Positions 1 to 9,706 of a DNA stretch of 59,465 nt are shown here, piece after piece. Numbering within the stretch: the stretch's first letter is position 1; every line of letters begins with the position of its first letter. The stretch is from the NCBI GenBank assembly GCA_019358935.1, contig JAHHIK010000046.1:1-59465 (forward strand). Direction: 5' to 3'. The position numbers were made by a program, and so were the translations under genes. This DNA is from Tolypothrix carrinoi HA7290-LM1 (GTDB lineage Bacteria > Cyanobacteriota > Cyanobacteriia > Cyanobacteriales > Nostocaceae). The notes beneath the pieces are model-generated. The model was not told the DNA's origin, did not search any database, and worked only from the letters and a program-made list of their open reading frames with translations.

Positions 1-31
1 TGGATAGTAGATAATGCTAATGAAAGGAACC

Positions 32-116
32 GACACCCTAGAAGGGTGCGGCTATACGAACAAAGCCTGCCTTCGCAGGCTTCATTTGTAGAGCCAGCGG
101 CTTCCAGCCTGAGGGC
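32..116. repeat. REP-like double-hairpin element
   Basis: Two short stems, CACCCT-AGA-AGGGTG and AAGCCTGC-CTTC-GCAGGCTT, downstream of a minus-strand gene. Confidence 0.5.
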
Positions 117-121
117 TTTGT

Positions 122-250
122 GACACCCAACACCCAACAACTATCAACTATCAACCAACACCCAACAACTATCAACTATCAACCAACACCCAACAACTAT
201 CAACTATCAACTATCAACGCTCCAACTATCAACCAACACCCAACAACCCC
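122..250. repeat. Heptameric STRR-type tandem array (CAACTAT/CAACCAA/CACCCAA)
   Basis: Degenerate 7-mer tandem repeats read directly; typical of Nostocales. Confidence 0.85.
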
Positions 251-549
251 TAATAAAGCATCGGATTGGTTTTCGCTTGATAATCAAGACAATTTATCGC
301 TTCTTCTGTATTCGCAGCGCTGGGATGTACAGTGCATTTGAGACGGTAATCGTCGGTAAAAAATTGACAGCCACTACAAGGGATTTGATGCATTTGCTTG
401 GCTACACTGACACTATCTCGCGCTGTCGTCCAAAGACTCCAAACTACAAGAATAATTAATGTCCAAGCAGTAACAAAACAAATCGGCACTACAAACGGTT
501 GAATAGTATGAATTAAAAAATAAAGTGCTTTTAACACAATTAGTTCCAC
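250..549 (-). CDS. Conserved cyanobacterial small membrane protein with a Cys-rich C-terminus
   Basis: 99 aa; TM segment followed by HQIPCSGCQFF..LKCTVHP..C motif; downstream of chlG. Confidence 0.75.
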   Translation of the reverse strand: MELIVLKALYFLIHTIQPFVVPICFVTAWTLIILVVWSLWTTARDSVSVAKQMHQIPCSGCQFFTDDYRLKCTVHPSAANTEEAINCLDYQAKTNPMLY

Positions 550-635
550 GTTAAACCTATAAATTAAGAGTGAGAAGTTATGAAGTTATGTTACTTCTCG
601 CTCCTCACTCTTATCTCCTACTTAGGAAGTATAAA

Positions 636-1670
636 TCAAATCGCCGCATGATGACCTAGTGCTATACCAGTCACAAGCATTCCCAAAACGAGAAACGGTT
701 GAGCGCTTGCTTGGTATTTCACGTCATTGTTTACTGGGTCACGTAGGAAATACATATCCTGGAAGGTGATTTGCGGGATGATTAGCAGTACGAGAATTGC
801 TGCGTATAAATTTTCATGGATGCTGACGAGATAAGCTGCAATCAATCCTTGAAATAAATCAATCATCACCACACAAATCAAAGCAGCATTGGTGACGCCA
901 AACATTACAGGTAGTGATTGTAATCCTAATTGGCGATCGCCTTCGACACTCTTAAAATCATTGACAATGGCAATGCCTAATCCAGCTAAACTGTAGAACA
1001 TTGTCAGAATGACAATAGTTAAATTTAGGTCGCCAAACAAAGCATGACCAGTACACCAAGGAAAGGTAATATAACTTGCACCCAAAGCATAACTACCTAA
1101 CCAGCCGTTTTGTTTCAGCTTTAGAGGTGGGGCAGAGTAGATATAGCCGATGAAAGAGCCGATAATCGCGATTGATGTAATTGTCGGAAATGGATTACCA
1201 GCCCATTTATCGAGAGCAAAGGCGATCGCTAACCCTGCAATAAGCAATACCCATATCTGCGTAATTACCTGGGGTAAAGAAATTGCGCCAGAAGGAATTG
1301 GGCGGTAGGGTTCGTTGATCGCATCGATTTCGCGATCGTAATAATCGTTCATGATTTGTACGTAACCTGCCATCAAAGGTCCTGACAGCAACATACAAAG
1401 TCCTGCCTTCAAGACATTTTCCAGCGTCCAAGTATAGTTTCCACTTGAAGCCGCACCGCAAACTACACCCCAAATTAAGGGAATCCAGGTAATCGGCTTC
1501 ATCAGTTGCAAGCGGATTTTCCATACCGAGGTTTCTCCGGCTGCGGCACCTTTCATGCCCAGGAGTTGCCTAGTTTTAGAACCGCTTTCGACAACAGCTT
1601 TAACTTCCTCGTCGGCATTAATTGCCTCAGTAGAATTAGAATTTGGGGTAATCGGAGTTGATTCAGACAT
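636..1670 (-). CDS. chlG: Chlorophyll synthase (UbiA prenyltransferase family)
   Basis: RLQLMKPITWIPLIWGV, NDYYDREIDAINEPYRPIPSG and NDFKSVEGDR motifs. Confidence 0.97.
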   Translation of the reverse strand: MSESTPITPNSNSTEAINADEEVKAVVESGSKTRQLLGMKGAAAGETSVWKIRLQLMKPITWIPLIWGVVCGAASSGNYTWTLENVLKAGLCMLLSGPLMAGYVQIMNDYYDREIDAINEPYRPIPSGAISLPQVITQIWVLLIAGLAIAFALDKWAGNPFPTITSIAIIGSFIGYIYSAPPLKLKQNGWLGSYALGASYITFPWCTGHALFGDLNLTIVILTMFYSLAGLGIAIVNDFKSVEGDRQLGLQSLPVMFGVTNAALICVVMIDLFQGLIAAYLVSIHENLYAAILVLLIIPQITFQDMYFLRDPVNNDVKYQASAQPFLVLGMLVTGIALGHHAAI

Positions 1671-1685
1671 AAAGCATATTGGTTA

Positions 1686-1829
1686 ATTGGGCATAGGGCA
1701 TAGGGCATTGGGCAATGGGCAATGGGCACGCTCGCATTGGGAATTAGGAATTGGGATGGGAATGCGTTTTTTACCATTACCCATGCCCCATGCCCCATGC
1801 CCCATGCCCCATGCCCCATGCCCCATTCC
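1686..1829. repeat. Inverted STRR arrays (GGGCATA/GGGCAAT ... CCCCATG)
   Basis: 7-mer arrays in opposite orientations between the arsA-like gene and chlG. Confidence 0.85.
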
Positions 1830-2930
1830 CTAAAAAGAAATTATCAAATAATTATTCGCAAACTTCGCTCCAGCAACAGATTTGCCACTTAAAGCCGGAG
1901 GTAGAACAATATTGCGTCGTTGATCTCCGGCTTCTACAGTGACTTCCGGACCGAATTGAGTCAGCTTGACCTGTTTTTTATCGAATCCAGGCAAAAATAA
2001 GCGTACCTGACGACTTGGGACATCAATTTCAATTGGTTTGGGAGCCTGCACTGCTTGTGCTACAAAGTCGGGTAGGGCATTCATTAGTGGTTGCCAATCG
2101 CCTGCTTTTAAGTCAGGAACAACACTAACTGGCAGGGGGGCAAATTCCGGCGACAAATTGGCGCCCGTGTCGGAATTAACCAACAGGACACCGCCAACAG
2201 TTAAACCAACTTGTTGAGCGCTACCCCACAAATAACGGGCAGTGGCAACTTCTATCGGGTCTGGTGTAGTTACCAAAAAAGCCGCCATGCGCTTGGGGTC
2301 TGCAAGAGCGGCTTTACCCTTTTCTAGTAAATTATTCGCGGTGTTGGTGGGTTGGGCGAAATTATCTGCTGTCCAGTTGACGTTAAAAAAGGTACTAACT
2401 AGCGGTTGAATAAAAGGTGATTCAGAAATTGCCTTTCCTAAGTCGGAGTTGACAAATAATTGCCGAAATCGCCGCAGATACCAACTTAGAGACTCTGGCA
2501 AACCGAGCGATCGCAAAGTGGAAGAATCGCCTGTGCCATTGTATACTATGGTGTCATATTTGCCGCTTTCGTCGTGCTGACGAATAGCATTCAAAGCAAG
2601 GGCGCTGTCCATCCCTGGCAACACTGCCAGTTCTTGACCAAAAACCTCTTTGAGGATGGGTGTGCGAAGGTATTGAGCCTCAAGTTTTTTCACTTCTTCC
2701 CAACTGCGTTCTAGCAGTGCGGATGTTTGAAACTGCACTACTTGTAAATTAGGAGCGATTTCTTGGGGGTCTGCTGCTAAAGTCGTACCTAGGAGAATTG
2801 GTAGTTCTGGTTCTGCTAGTCCTGCTAGGAGTACCCGCTTTCCTTGGCTTGCTAATAACTTGGCGGCGGCGATCGCGCAAAAAGTACGAGCAGTGCCGCC
2901 TTTGCCCAAAAATGTCAATATCTGGGTCAT
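1830..2930 (-). CDS. ArsA/Get3-family ATPase-like protein with C-terminal HSP20-like domain (All4481-type)
   Basis: Degenerate P-loop GKGGTART, LPGMDSALAL, C-terminal VRLFLPGFDKKQVKLTQFGPEVTVEAGDQRRNI. Confidence 0.9.
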   Translation of the reverse strand: MTQILTFLGKGGTARTFCAIAAAKLLASQGKRVLLAGLAEPELPILLGTTLAADPQEIAPNLQVVQFQTSALLERSWEEVKKLEAQYLRTPILKEVFGQELAVLPGMDSALALNAIRQHDESGKYDTIVYNGTGDSSTLRSLGLPESLSWYLRRFRQLFVNSDLGKAISESPFIQPLVSTFFNVNWTADNFAQPTNTANNLLEKGKAALADPKRMAAFLVTTPDPIEVATARYLWGSAQQVGLTVGGVLLVNSDTGANLSPEFAPLPVSVVPDLKAGDWQPLMNALPDFVAQAVQAPKPIEIDVPSRQVRLFLPGFDKKQVKLTQFGPEVTVEAGDQRRNIVLPPALSGKSVAGAKFANNYLIISF

Positions 2931-3083
2931 TACTTGATTCTCTTTTTACCGCCGTTTGTGTCAACTCCAACTTAGCACTCGGCAAATCATCCAACTTCTG
3001 CCTTGAAGTGCGATCGCAGAGGCTTCCGGACGAAGTTTCGAGCGGAAGAACTCTATCTTTAGACTTTCTGCTGGAAGTTCTGT

Positions 3084-3278
3084 CTATTGTTCGACTCGGA
3101 GTTCATCTTCAAAAAACCAAGTAGAAAAATTATCTTCAAACTTCACCACCACACCGACACCGCTAGCATCAGTCATTTTGAAGCTTTGGATGACACCGAC
3201 TTGTCCTAGCCTTTTGACCACAGGAGGAGACACGCGATCGCGCAAACGAAAGACTTTAACTTTTTGTCCGATTTCCAT
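3084..3278 (-). CDS. petP: Cytochrome b6f subunit PetP (DUF2862)
   Basis: 64 aa SH3-like protein, KVKVFRLRDRV...KMTDASGVGVVVKFED..TWFFEDEL. Confidence 0.85.
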   Translation of the reverse strand: MEIGQKVKVFRLRDRVSPPVVKRLGQVGVIQSFKMTDASGVGVVVKFEDNFSTWFFEDELRVEQ

Positions 3279-3649
3279 GCCTATTTACAATGCAATAAAC
3301 CACTGATCAGTGTAGCTGAATCCGTGACTCAGGGGGAGTAGTTCTGTGGGGAGCAACACTAACTGTATGGCGATCGCGTTCTTCTTGCAAAAAACAACAC
3401 AAAAGCAGTTGAAATTGATACCAACAATTTGACTACCGCCGATCCCAACCGGGAATATAGCGCTACAAACAATTTATGGTACAATCACCAAGATGATTTT
3501 GAGCTAGCTTTTTAGTGGCTCTTTATTAGAATGGAACTTTCGTAGCTATATAAGCTTCATTGAAAAAAACTAAGTGCATAGATAGCAAGCGAGGAAGCAG
3601 GAATTATTGTTAAACTTTGTTGCCAGACTCATTTCATCCAAATAGCAAA

Positions 3650-4765
3650 ATGTTAATACCACTCATAGGTTTCATCTTAGGAATACCTATACTCGTCTAC
3701 GCAGTTTCTTGTTATACAGGTATTGCCGTTTTTCGTAAAATACCACAATTTAAGAAACAAAAAGGTAATTTGCCTTTAGCGATCGGGCTAGGTTTAGTCG
3801 CAATTGCTTTAATGCTGGGTATTGTCGGCTATTTTAGCTTGGTCGCAGGTAGCGTAGTACGTAATTTTCGAGTCATCATTGGGACTTCTGGCTTGTTTAT
3901 AACTAGCTATCAAATCGGTAAAATTTGGGTAACAAGTGAATCGTTCAAAGCCAGAATTAAACCTTTAAGGCAGCATATAAAGTTGCAATTGAAAGCATTA
4001 CGGCGCTATAGAGAATTGCTGCATGTCTTAGTAAATCGTAATTTGAAAGTGCGCTATCGAGGCTCTTTTTTAGGTGTATATTGGTCACTGCTAAATCCAT
4101 TGATTATGACAGGGTTATACAGTGTGATTTTTGGGACTACTTTTGCATCATATTATAATAACTCAATACTGAATTATGTGTTAGCAGCGTTTACGGGACT
4201 GGTGGTAATAAATTTTTTTTCAGCTTCTACCTCTCAAGCATTAAGTAGTGTAGTAGGTAATGGCTCACTTTTAAATAAAATTCGTCTCCCAGTCAGCATT
4301 TTTCCAGTATCAATGATTGCAGCCAATATATTTCAGTTTGCAGTCGGAGTATTGCCCTTGTTAGCAGTCATGACTTTCATAAATTCCAAGAGTCTGGTTA
4401 ATGTAATAGCTCTACTGTTTCCATTTCTAGCACTAATTTTAGTTTGCACAGGTGTAGGGTTTTTAGTCAGTGCTTTATACGTATTTTTTAGAGATTTGCC
4501 TTATTTTTACGAGTTAGTTGTATTTGTGCTTTGGATTAGCAGTCCTGTGTTTTATCCTCCAGCTATTGTTCCAGTGCAGGTAAGACCGTTTTTAGGGTTA
4601 AATCCGTTATCACCAATTATTGAAAGTCTGCGTCAGATTACATTGTCAACAGAATTACCGGATTTAAATTTAATTTGGGGTGCTTTGCTCAGTGGTGTAA
4701 TTATCTTGTCACTGAGTTGGGTTTGTTTTCAATTGTGGCGACATCAGTTTATGGATTTGCTGTAA
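3650..4765 (+). CDS. wzm: Polysaccharide ABC transporter permease with an N-terminal membrane extension
   Basis: RNLKVRYRGSFLGVYWSLLNPL, LYVFFRDL and LNPLSPIIESLR motifs; ATG at 3650 (ORF open from 3617). Confidence 0.9.
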   Translation: MLIPLIGFILGIPILVYAVSCYTGIAVFRKIPQFKKQKGNLPLAIGLGLVAIALMLGIVGYFSLVAGSVVRNFRVIIGTSGLFITSYQIGKIWVTSESFKARIKPLRQHIKLQLKALRRYRELLHVLVNRNLKVRYRGSFLGVYWSLLNPLIMTGLYSVIFGTTFASYYNNSILNYVLAAFTGLVVINFFSASTSQALSSVVGNGSLLNKIRLPVSIFPVSMIAANIFQFAVGVLPLLAVMTFINSKSLVNVIALLFPFLALILVCTGVGFLVSALYVFFRDLPYFYELVVFVLWISSPVFYPPAIVPVQVRPFLGLNPLSPIIESLRQITLSTELPDLNLIWGALLSGVIILSLSWVCFQLWRHQFMDLL

Positions 4766-5506
4766 ATGGAAGTAATTCGCCTAGATCAAGTATCGCTGTT
4801 ACGACGGACACAAGAAGAGTTTTCTTATGACCTAAAGAAAACTTTCTTGTCAATTTTGGAGGGTAAGTACCGCAAACCAATGAAGAAATTGGTAATAGAC
4901 AAAATTGACTTAGTAGTTACAAGAGGAGAAAAAATAGGCATAGTCGGGTCAAATGGGTCTGGAAAGTCAACGCTGTTAAAAATAATTTCTGGGATTCTTC
5001 AACCAACAACTGGAACGGTCAGAGTACGCGGTAATATTGCACCGTTGATTGAGCTAGTAGCAGGGTTTGATGAAGAAATTTCTGTAATGGATAATATCCT
5101 CTTATATGGGGTGCTATTAGGGTTTTCTATGGCAGAAATGCGAGAAAGATCGCAGTCAATTTTGGAATTTGCAGAATTACAAGATTATGCATTAGTGCCA
5201 GTGAAAGGATTATCTTCTGGTATGGTTGCAAGACTAGGTTTTGCGATCGCTACTGATGTACAACCAGATATCTTGATTTTAGATGAAGTATTGTCAGTAG
5301 GAGACGAAAGTTTTAAGCATAAATGCAAGCAAAGAATTGATAAATTTTGGGATAATAACGCTACAGTCTTGGTGGTTTCGCATGATTTAACTTTTGTGCA
5401 ACAGTCTTGTAATCGTGGTGTATGGTTGGATCAGGGAAAAATACGGTTTATAGGAAACGCAGATGAAACGGTAAAATGTTATTTAGATTCATTAAAAAAT
5501 ATTTAA
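4766..5506 (+). CDS. wzt: Polysaccharide ABC transporter ATPase, no C-terminal carbohydrate-binding domain
   Basis: GSNGSGKST, LSSGMVARLGFA, ILILDEVLSVGD; 246 aa; directly abuts wzm. Confidence 0.93.
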   Translation: MEVIRLDQVSLLRRTQEEFSYDLKKTFLSILEGKYRKPMKKLVIDKIDLVVTRGEKIGIVGSNGSGKSTLLKIISGILQPTTGTVRVRGNIAPLIELVAGFDEEISVMDNILLYGVLLGFSMAEMRERSQSILEFAELQDYALVPVKGLSSGMVARLGFAIATDVQPDILILDEVLSVGDESFKHKCKQRIDKFWDNNATVLVVSHDLTFVQQSCNRGVWLDQGKIRFIGNADETVKCYLDSLKNI

Positions 5507-5781
5507 AGTAAAGTCTATGACATATATCGTTTATCCAGTATTAGCAACTCTAAAAGTATCCCTAAATTTGGTATTTTGGTTAAATATTATGGCAGCAAAT
5601 ACCACATTCTATCATAAGCTATTTTTAGAATGAACTAGATACAATACTACAACATCGATATAGTGACACATAACTCATGAATAGCTTCTTTTAGATTATT
5701 TTTTAATTTAAATAGTCTAAGAAGGTAACTGAAAATTAATTGACGATTATGAATAAAAATATTACACATCAGGAGAACCAG

Positions 5782-7122
5782 ATGAAATCAGAAAAAATCT
5801 TAGATCGTATTAAGAATGTTTACCAAGAATCTACTAGATTTTATCATCCTCGAAATGAACAAAAGGATGAGAATAAAGCAATTAATACAGAGAATAAATC
5901 ACAAAATCAATCAATGCATAATAGTTACGTTACAGAAATAGACGGTAACTATTTGCTATTTTTTAATGAGATATATACAAGTATTTTTAGTAAATGGCTC
6001 AAAAATATTCTTAAAAAACTAGCATGGCCTATTTTGAAAAGACAAGTTTATTTTAATTCTGTTATTAGACAGGTTTTATACAATTTAATGCAGAAAAGCT
6101 ATGAAGATTCTGTAAGAGATAGAGAAATAAATGAAAAGTTAGCTCAAATTGAGCAGCAGTTACAACAGCTACCTCAACTTGAAGAGAAAATAGGACGACT
6201 ACCCCAACTTGAGCAGCAGTTACAACAGCTACCTCAACTTGAAGAGAAAATAAAACGACTACCCCAACTTGAGCAGCAGTTACAACAGCTACCTCAACTT
6301 GAAGAGAAAATAGGACGACTACCCCAACTTGAGCAGCAGTTACAACAACTACCTCAACTTGAAGAGAAATTAGAACAAATTTCTATTGAACTACATGCTG
6401 ATAATAGTGTGATAAGTAAATGTACTTCTGGTGAAGAAGCGAAGATGAAGAGTGGGTTGTGGTTTAACGATCCGATATGGGTGGGTTATCGTGATACCGG
6501 CGAAGCTTATTGGGTTGAGACTACTGAAAGGATTTTAGAAAAAACTTTTGTGATGCATTCTTTAGCTCATTTGTATGAGTCTAAGAATATAGAAATTTTG
6601 GATGTAGGGTCTGCTGAAAGTCTTTTGTCATATGAATTAGCTAGTTTTAATTACTCGGTTACAGCAATAGATATTCGTCCTATAGCTTTATTTCATCCCA
6701 ACTTAAAGTTTGTAAAAACTGATATCTGTAAGCCTGTACTACCACCAGCCAGCTTCGATTGTGTAATTGCTTTATCTACTTTAGAACATATTGGTTTGGG
6801 ATGGTATGGTGACGAACAGGGAGAGAGTTATGATGTTGAAGCTGTCAAACAAATTAAATTACTTTTGAAGTCAAATGGTCATTTCATCATCACAGTTCCT
6901 TATGGCAAAAAAGCTTTAACACCAGTACATCGCATTTATGACAAAGAAGCACTTCAAAAACTAATTCAAGACTTTTTGCTCATTAAAATATCCTATGGAA
7001 TACGCAAGGATGACTTCACATGGACTATTACTGAAAACGAGTTAGAAGCATCTTTAAAAGAACATAACTCAACTAACTACCTTCCCGGCGCGGTAGCTAT
7101 GCTGGTATGTAAAAATAACTGA
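5782..7122 (+). CDS. Coiled-coil repeat + class I SAM-dependent methyltransferase-like protein
   Basis: ILDVGSAES, AIDIR and FDCVIALSTLEHIGLGWYGD motifs; (QLEQQLQQLPQLEEKIGRLP)n repeat; AGGAG RBS before ATG 5782 (alternative start 5749). Confidence 0.8.
   Translation: MKSEKILDRIKNVYQESTRFYHPRNEQKDENKAINTENKSQNQSMHNSYVTEIDGNYLLFFNEIYTSIFSKWLKNILKKLAWPILKRQVYFNSVIRQVLYNLMQKSYEDSVRDREINEKLAQIEQQLQQLPQLEEKIGRLPQLEQQLQQLPQLEEKIKRLPQLEQQLQQLPQLEEKIGRLPQLEQQLQQLPQLEEKLEQISIELHADNSVISKCTSGEEAKMKSGLWFNDPIWVGYRDTGEAYWVETTERILEKTFVMHSLAHLYESKNIEILDVGSAESLLSYELASFNYSVTAIDIRPIALFHPNLKFVKTDICKPVLPPASFDCVIALSTLEHIGLGWYGDEQGESYDVEAVKQIKLLLKSNGHFIITVPYGKKALTPVHRIYDKEALQKLIQDFLLIKISYGIRKDDFTWTITENELEASLKEHNSTNYLPGAVAMLVCKNN
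6151..6369 (+). repeat. Intragenic 60-bp tandem repeat, about 3.6 copies
   Basis: GAGCAGCAGTTACAACAGCTACCTCAACTTGAAGAGAAAATAGGACGACTACCCCAACTT recurs with 60-nt period and near identity. Confidence 0.95.
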
Positions 7123-7159
7123 TATTGTCTCAGAAAATCAAAATTAAAATAGGTGCATT

Positions 7160-9706
7160 ATGAAAATAGCGATTGATATTCAAGCCATTCAAACAAATAA
7201 TTCTAGAAATAGGGGGATTGGTCGTTATACGCAATCTGTTATAGAAGCTCTATTTAGTCAGCAAAATGCTCCTAACTACCAATTATATGCTAACAACACT
7301 TTGCCAGCCCCAGAATTCGATGAAAATAGCTTTCCATATAACTCTGTATATTATCCGTATATTGGAAGTTGTCACCTAAACGATCTACTTCTAAAAACTG
7401 TTTTCATGTCATCAGATGCTGACATAATATTTTTACCTAGTCCGATGGAGGGTTTAGACTCCACAATCCCTGAATATAGTGATTTTCCTAAAAAAGTTTT
7501 TGTAATTTGCTATGATTTGATTCCACTTATATTTGCAGACAGATATTTAAACGATCCAAATATGAATTTTCTGTACATGAAGCGATTAAAGAATGTACAG
7601 AATGCTGATTTTATATTTGCAATTTCTGAATCTACTCGTCAGGATGTAATCAAATACCTGAATATATCTCCTAACAAAGTTCTCAATGTTTCTGGTGGAG
7701 TTTCTCCCTTCTTTACTCCAATTAATATTAATGAACACCAAGCTTGGCTCAAGCTTTTGGCGAATAAGTTTGGCATCTATAAAAAATTTATTCTTTATAC
7801 AGGAGGTGAGGATTGGCGAAAGAACATTGAAGGATTGGTCACTGCTTTTTCTAAGTTACCAAAGACGTTACAGGAATCCTACCAATTAGTTGTTGCGTGT
7901 AAAGTTTCTGAATTTTTCCAGAAAGAAATTATCAGTTTGGCTTCCAAACTACAAGTTGAAAATTCACTTATTTTGACAAATTATATTACAGATGAAGAAT
8001 TGAGAGCTTTATACTCAATTTGCTCATTATTCGTCTTTCCTTCTTTCTATGAAGGGTTTGGCTTACCACTACTAGAAGCTATTTCATGTGGGGCATCTGC
8101 TATTGCAAGCAACAATTCATCCTTACCAGAAATTTTAGGTTCTGCCGATCAGATGTTCGATCCATATTCGACTGATGATACAGCTAGAATGATGCAAAAA
8201 GTTTTATCGGATGAAAACTTTAGTAAAAAAATCTCAGAGAATGCACTTAAACACGCAGCAAAATTTTCTTGGCAATCTGTTGCCGGAAAAATGGTCGATG
8301 TATTTCAAGAACATCAACCATTAAATAAAGTATCTATTTCATTTAAGAAAGTTAAATCGGTTAATTTCAAGCCACAAATGGCTTTTTTTAGCCCATTTGC
8401 ACCCGTTAAATCTGGTATCTCAGATTATAGTCAAGACTTATTGCCATCATTGACACAACATGTTCAACTTGACTTGTATCATGATGAGAGTTATTTACCT
8501 AATGAGAACATAAGTAATAACTTATTTTGTCATAGTAAATTTGAAGAAAGATTACAAGTTAAAGAATATGAAGGTATTATCTATCAAATAGGTAACAGTA
8601 GTTACCATTGCTATATATATTCCCAATTAATGAGATATTCTGGTATATCGGTGTTGCATGACTATTACTTGGGAGGTCTAATTAATTATATGGATGTTCG
8701 TCGTCCAGAACTTGGTGTCAACTTATTAAAAGAATTGGAACATAGTTATGGAAAAGATAGAGCAATAGAAATACTAAACTTACTTCAAACGGGAAACTTG
8801 AATGTTGACGATAAGTTATCTGAAGCCGAAGTTTATATAAATAGGAGAATTTTTACACGTTCTCTGGGTGTTGTTTTGCATAGCCGATGGGCTTATAACT
8901 GTGCAGTCAAAGATTTTAGTTGTGATAATGATTGTATTGTTCACATACCCCAACTTGTTCCTAAGTTTACCTCTAAGGAAAAATCAATTATAGATGAACG
9001 TCAAGAGTTAAAGATTCCAAACGATAGCTTCGTAATTTCTACATTTGGTTTTGTCAATCAAACTAAACGTCCACTGCAAATTCTTCATGCCTTTAACAAA
9101 TACCTAGCAAATCAACCAAATGCTTATTTAATATTTGTAGGTGGTACTGATTACCTCGGTTCAATTAATCTAGAACATGAAATTAGTAAACTGAGTTTAC
9201 AAGGCAAAGTAAAAATCACTGGGTATGTAAATATGCAGGATTTTTACAGATATATAGAAATATCGAATATTTGCCTCAACTTAAGATTTCCATTCAATGG
9301 TGAAAGCTCTGCCTCACTTCTACGAATACTATCTGTTGGTAAGCCGACAATTGTTACAGATATAGGTTCCTTCTCTGATTTTCCTGATGATGTAGTCTTA
9401 AAAATACCCCAGCCTACTCACAGTAATGAAGTTGAGGAGATACTTAAGGCTTTGGTTGTACTAACTGAAAATTCACAGTATAGAAATTCTTTGAGCCGCA
9501 ATGCATTTGAGTATATTGCAAGAGAGCATTCTCCAGAACGATGTGCTAACCTATACGCTGAGTTGATTCAGCAAGTTTTGTGTTCGCCTCAAGCGAAACG
9601 CAAACTGCTTGCTGACTATGTAGGACGGGAAATAGCCAAAGTAGAAGCTAATTTTTCTGAAACCCTACTTACTACCTTTGCCAAAGTAGTTGATACTAAA
9701 GTATGA
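7160..9706 (+). CDS. Two-domain GT4 glycosyltransferase (WbdA-like)
   Basis: RGIGRY, FPSFYEGFGLPLLEA; second module FSPFAPVKSGISDYS...NLRFPFNGESSA; 848 aa. Confidence 0.88.
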   Translation: MKIAIDIQAIQTNNSRNRGIGRYTQSVIEALFSQQNAPNYQLYANNTLPAPEFDENSFPYNSVYYPYIGSCHLNDLLLKTVFMSSDADIIFLPSPMEGLDSTIPEYSDFPKKVFVICYDLIPLIFADRYLNDPNMNFLYMKRLKNVQNADFIFAISESTRQDVIKYLNISPNKVLNVSGGVSPFFTPININEHQAWLKLLANKFGIYKKFILYTGGEDWRKNIEGLVTAFSKLPKTLQESYQLVVACKVSEFFQKEIISLASKLQVENSLILTNYITDEELRALYSICSLFVFPSFYEGFGLPLLEAISCGASAIASNNSSLPEILGSADQMFDPYSTDDTARMMQKVLSDENFSKKISENALKHAAKFSWQSVAGKMVDVFQEHQPLNKVSISFKKVKSVNFKPQMAFFSPFAPVKSGISDYSQDLLPSLTQHVQLDLYHDESYLPNENISNNLFCHSKFEERLQVKEYEGIIYQIGNSSYHCYIYSQLMRYSGISVLHDYYLGGLINYMDVRRPELGVNLLKELEHSYGKDRAIEILNLLQTGNLNVDDKLSEAEVYINRRIFTRSLGVVLHSRWAYNCAVKDFSCDNDCIVHIPQLVPKFTSKEKSIIDERQELKIPNDSFVISTFGFVNQTKRPLQILHAFNKYLANQPNAYLIFVGGTDYLGSINLEHEISKLSLQGKVKITGYVNMQDFYRYIEISNICLNLRFPFNGESSASLLRILSVGKPTIVTDIGSFSDFPDDVVLKIPQPTHSNEVEEILKALVVLTENSQYRNSLSRNAFEYIAREHSPERCANLYAELIQQVLCSPQAKRKLLADYVGREIAKVEANFSETLLTTFAKVVDTKV

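Noticed and set aside
120..341. ORF 120-341 and similar ORFs at 1553-1942
   Set aside because: They are translations of heptamer STRR arrays or overlap real genes
6151..6369. CRISPR-like 60-bp periodicity
   Set aside because: It is a pure in-frame tandem repeat inside a CDS with no spacers
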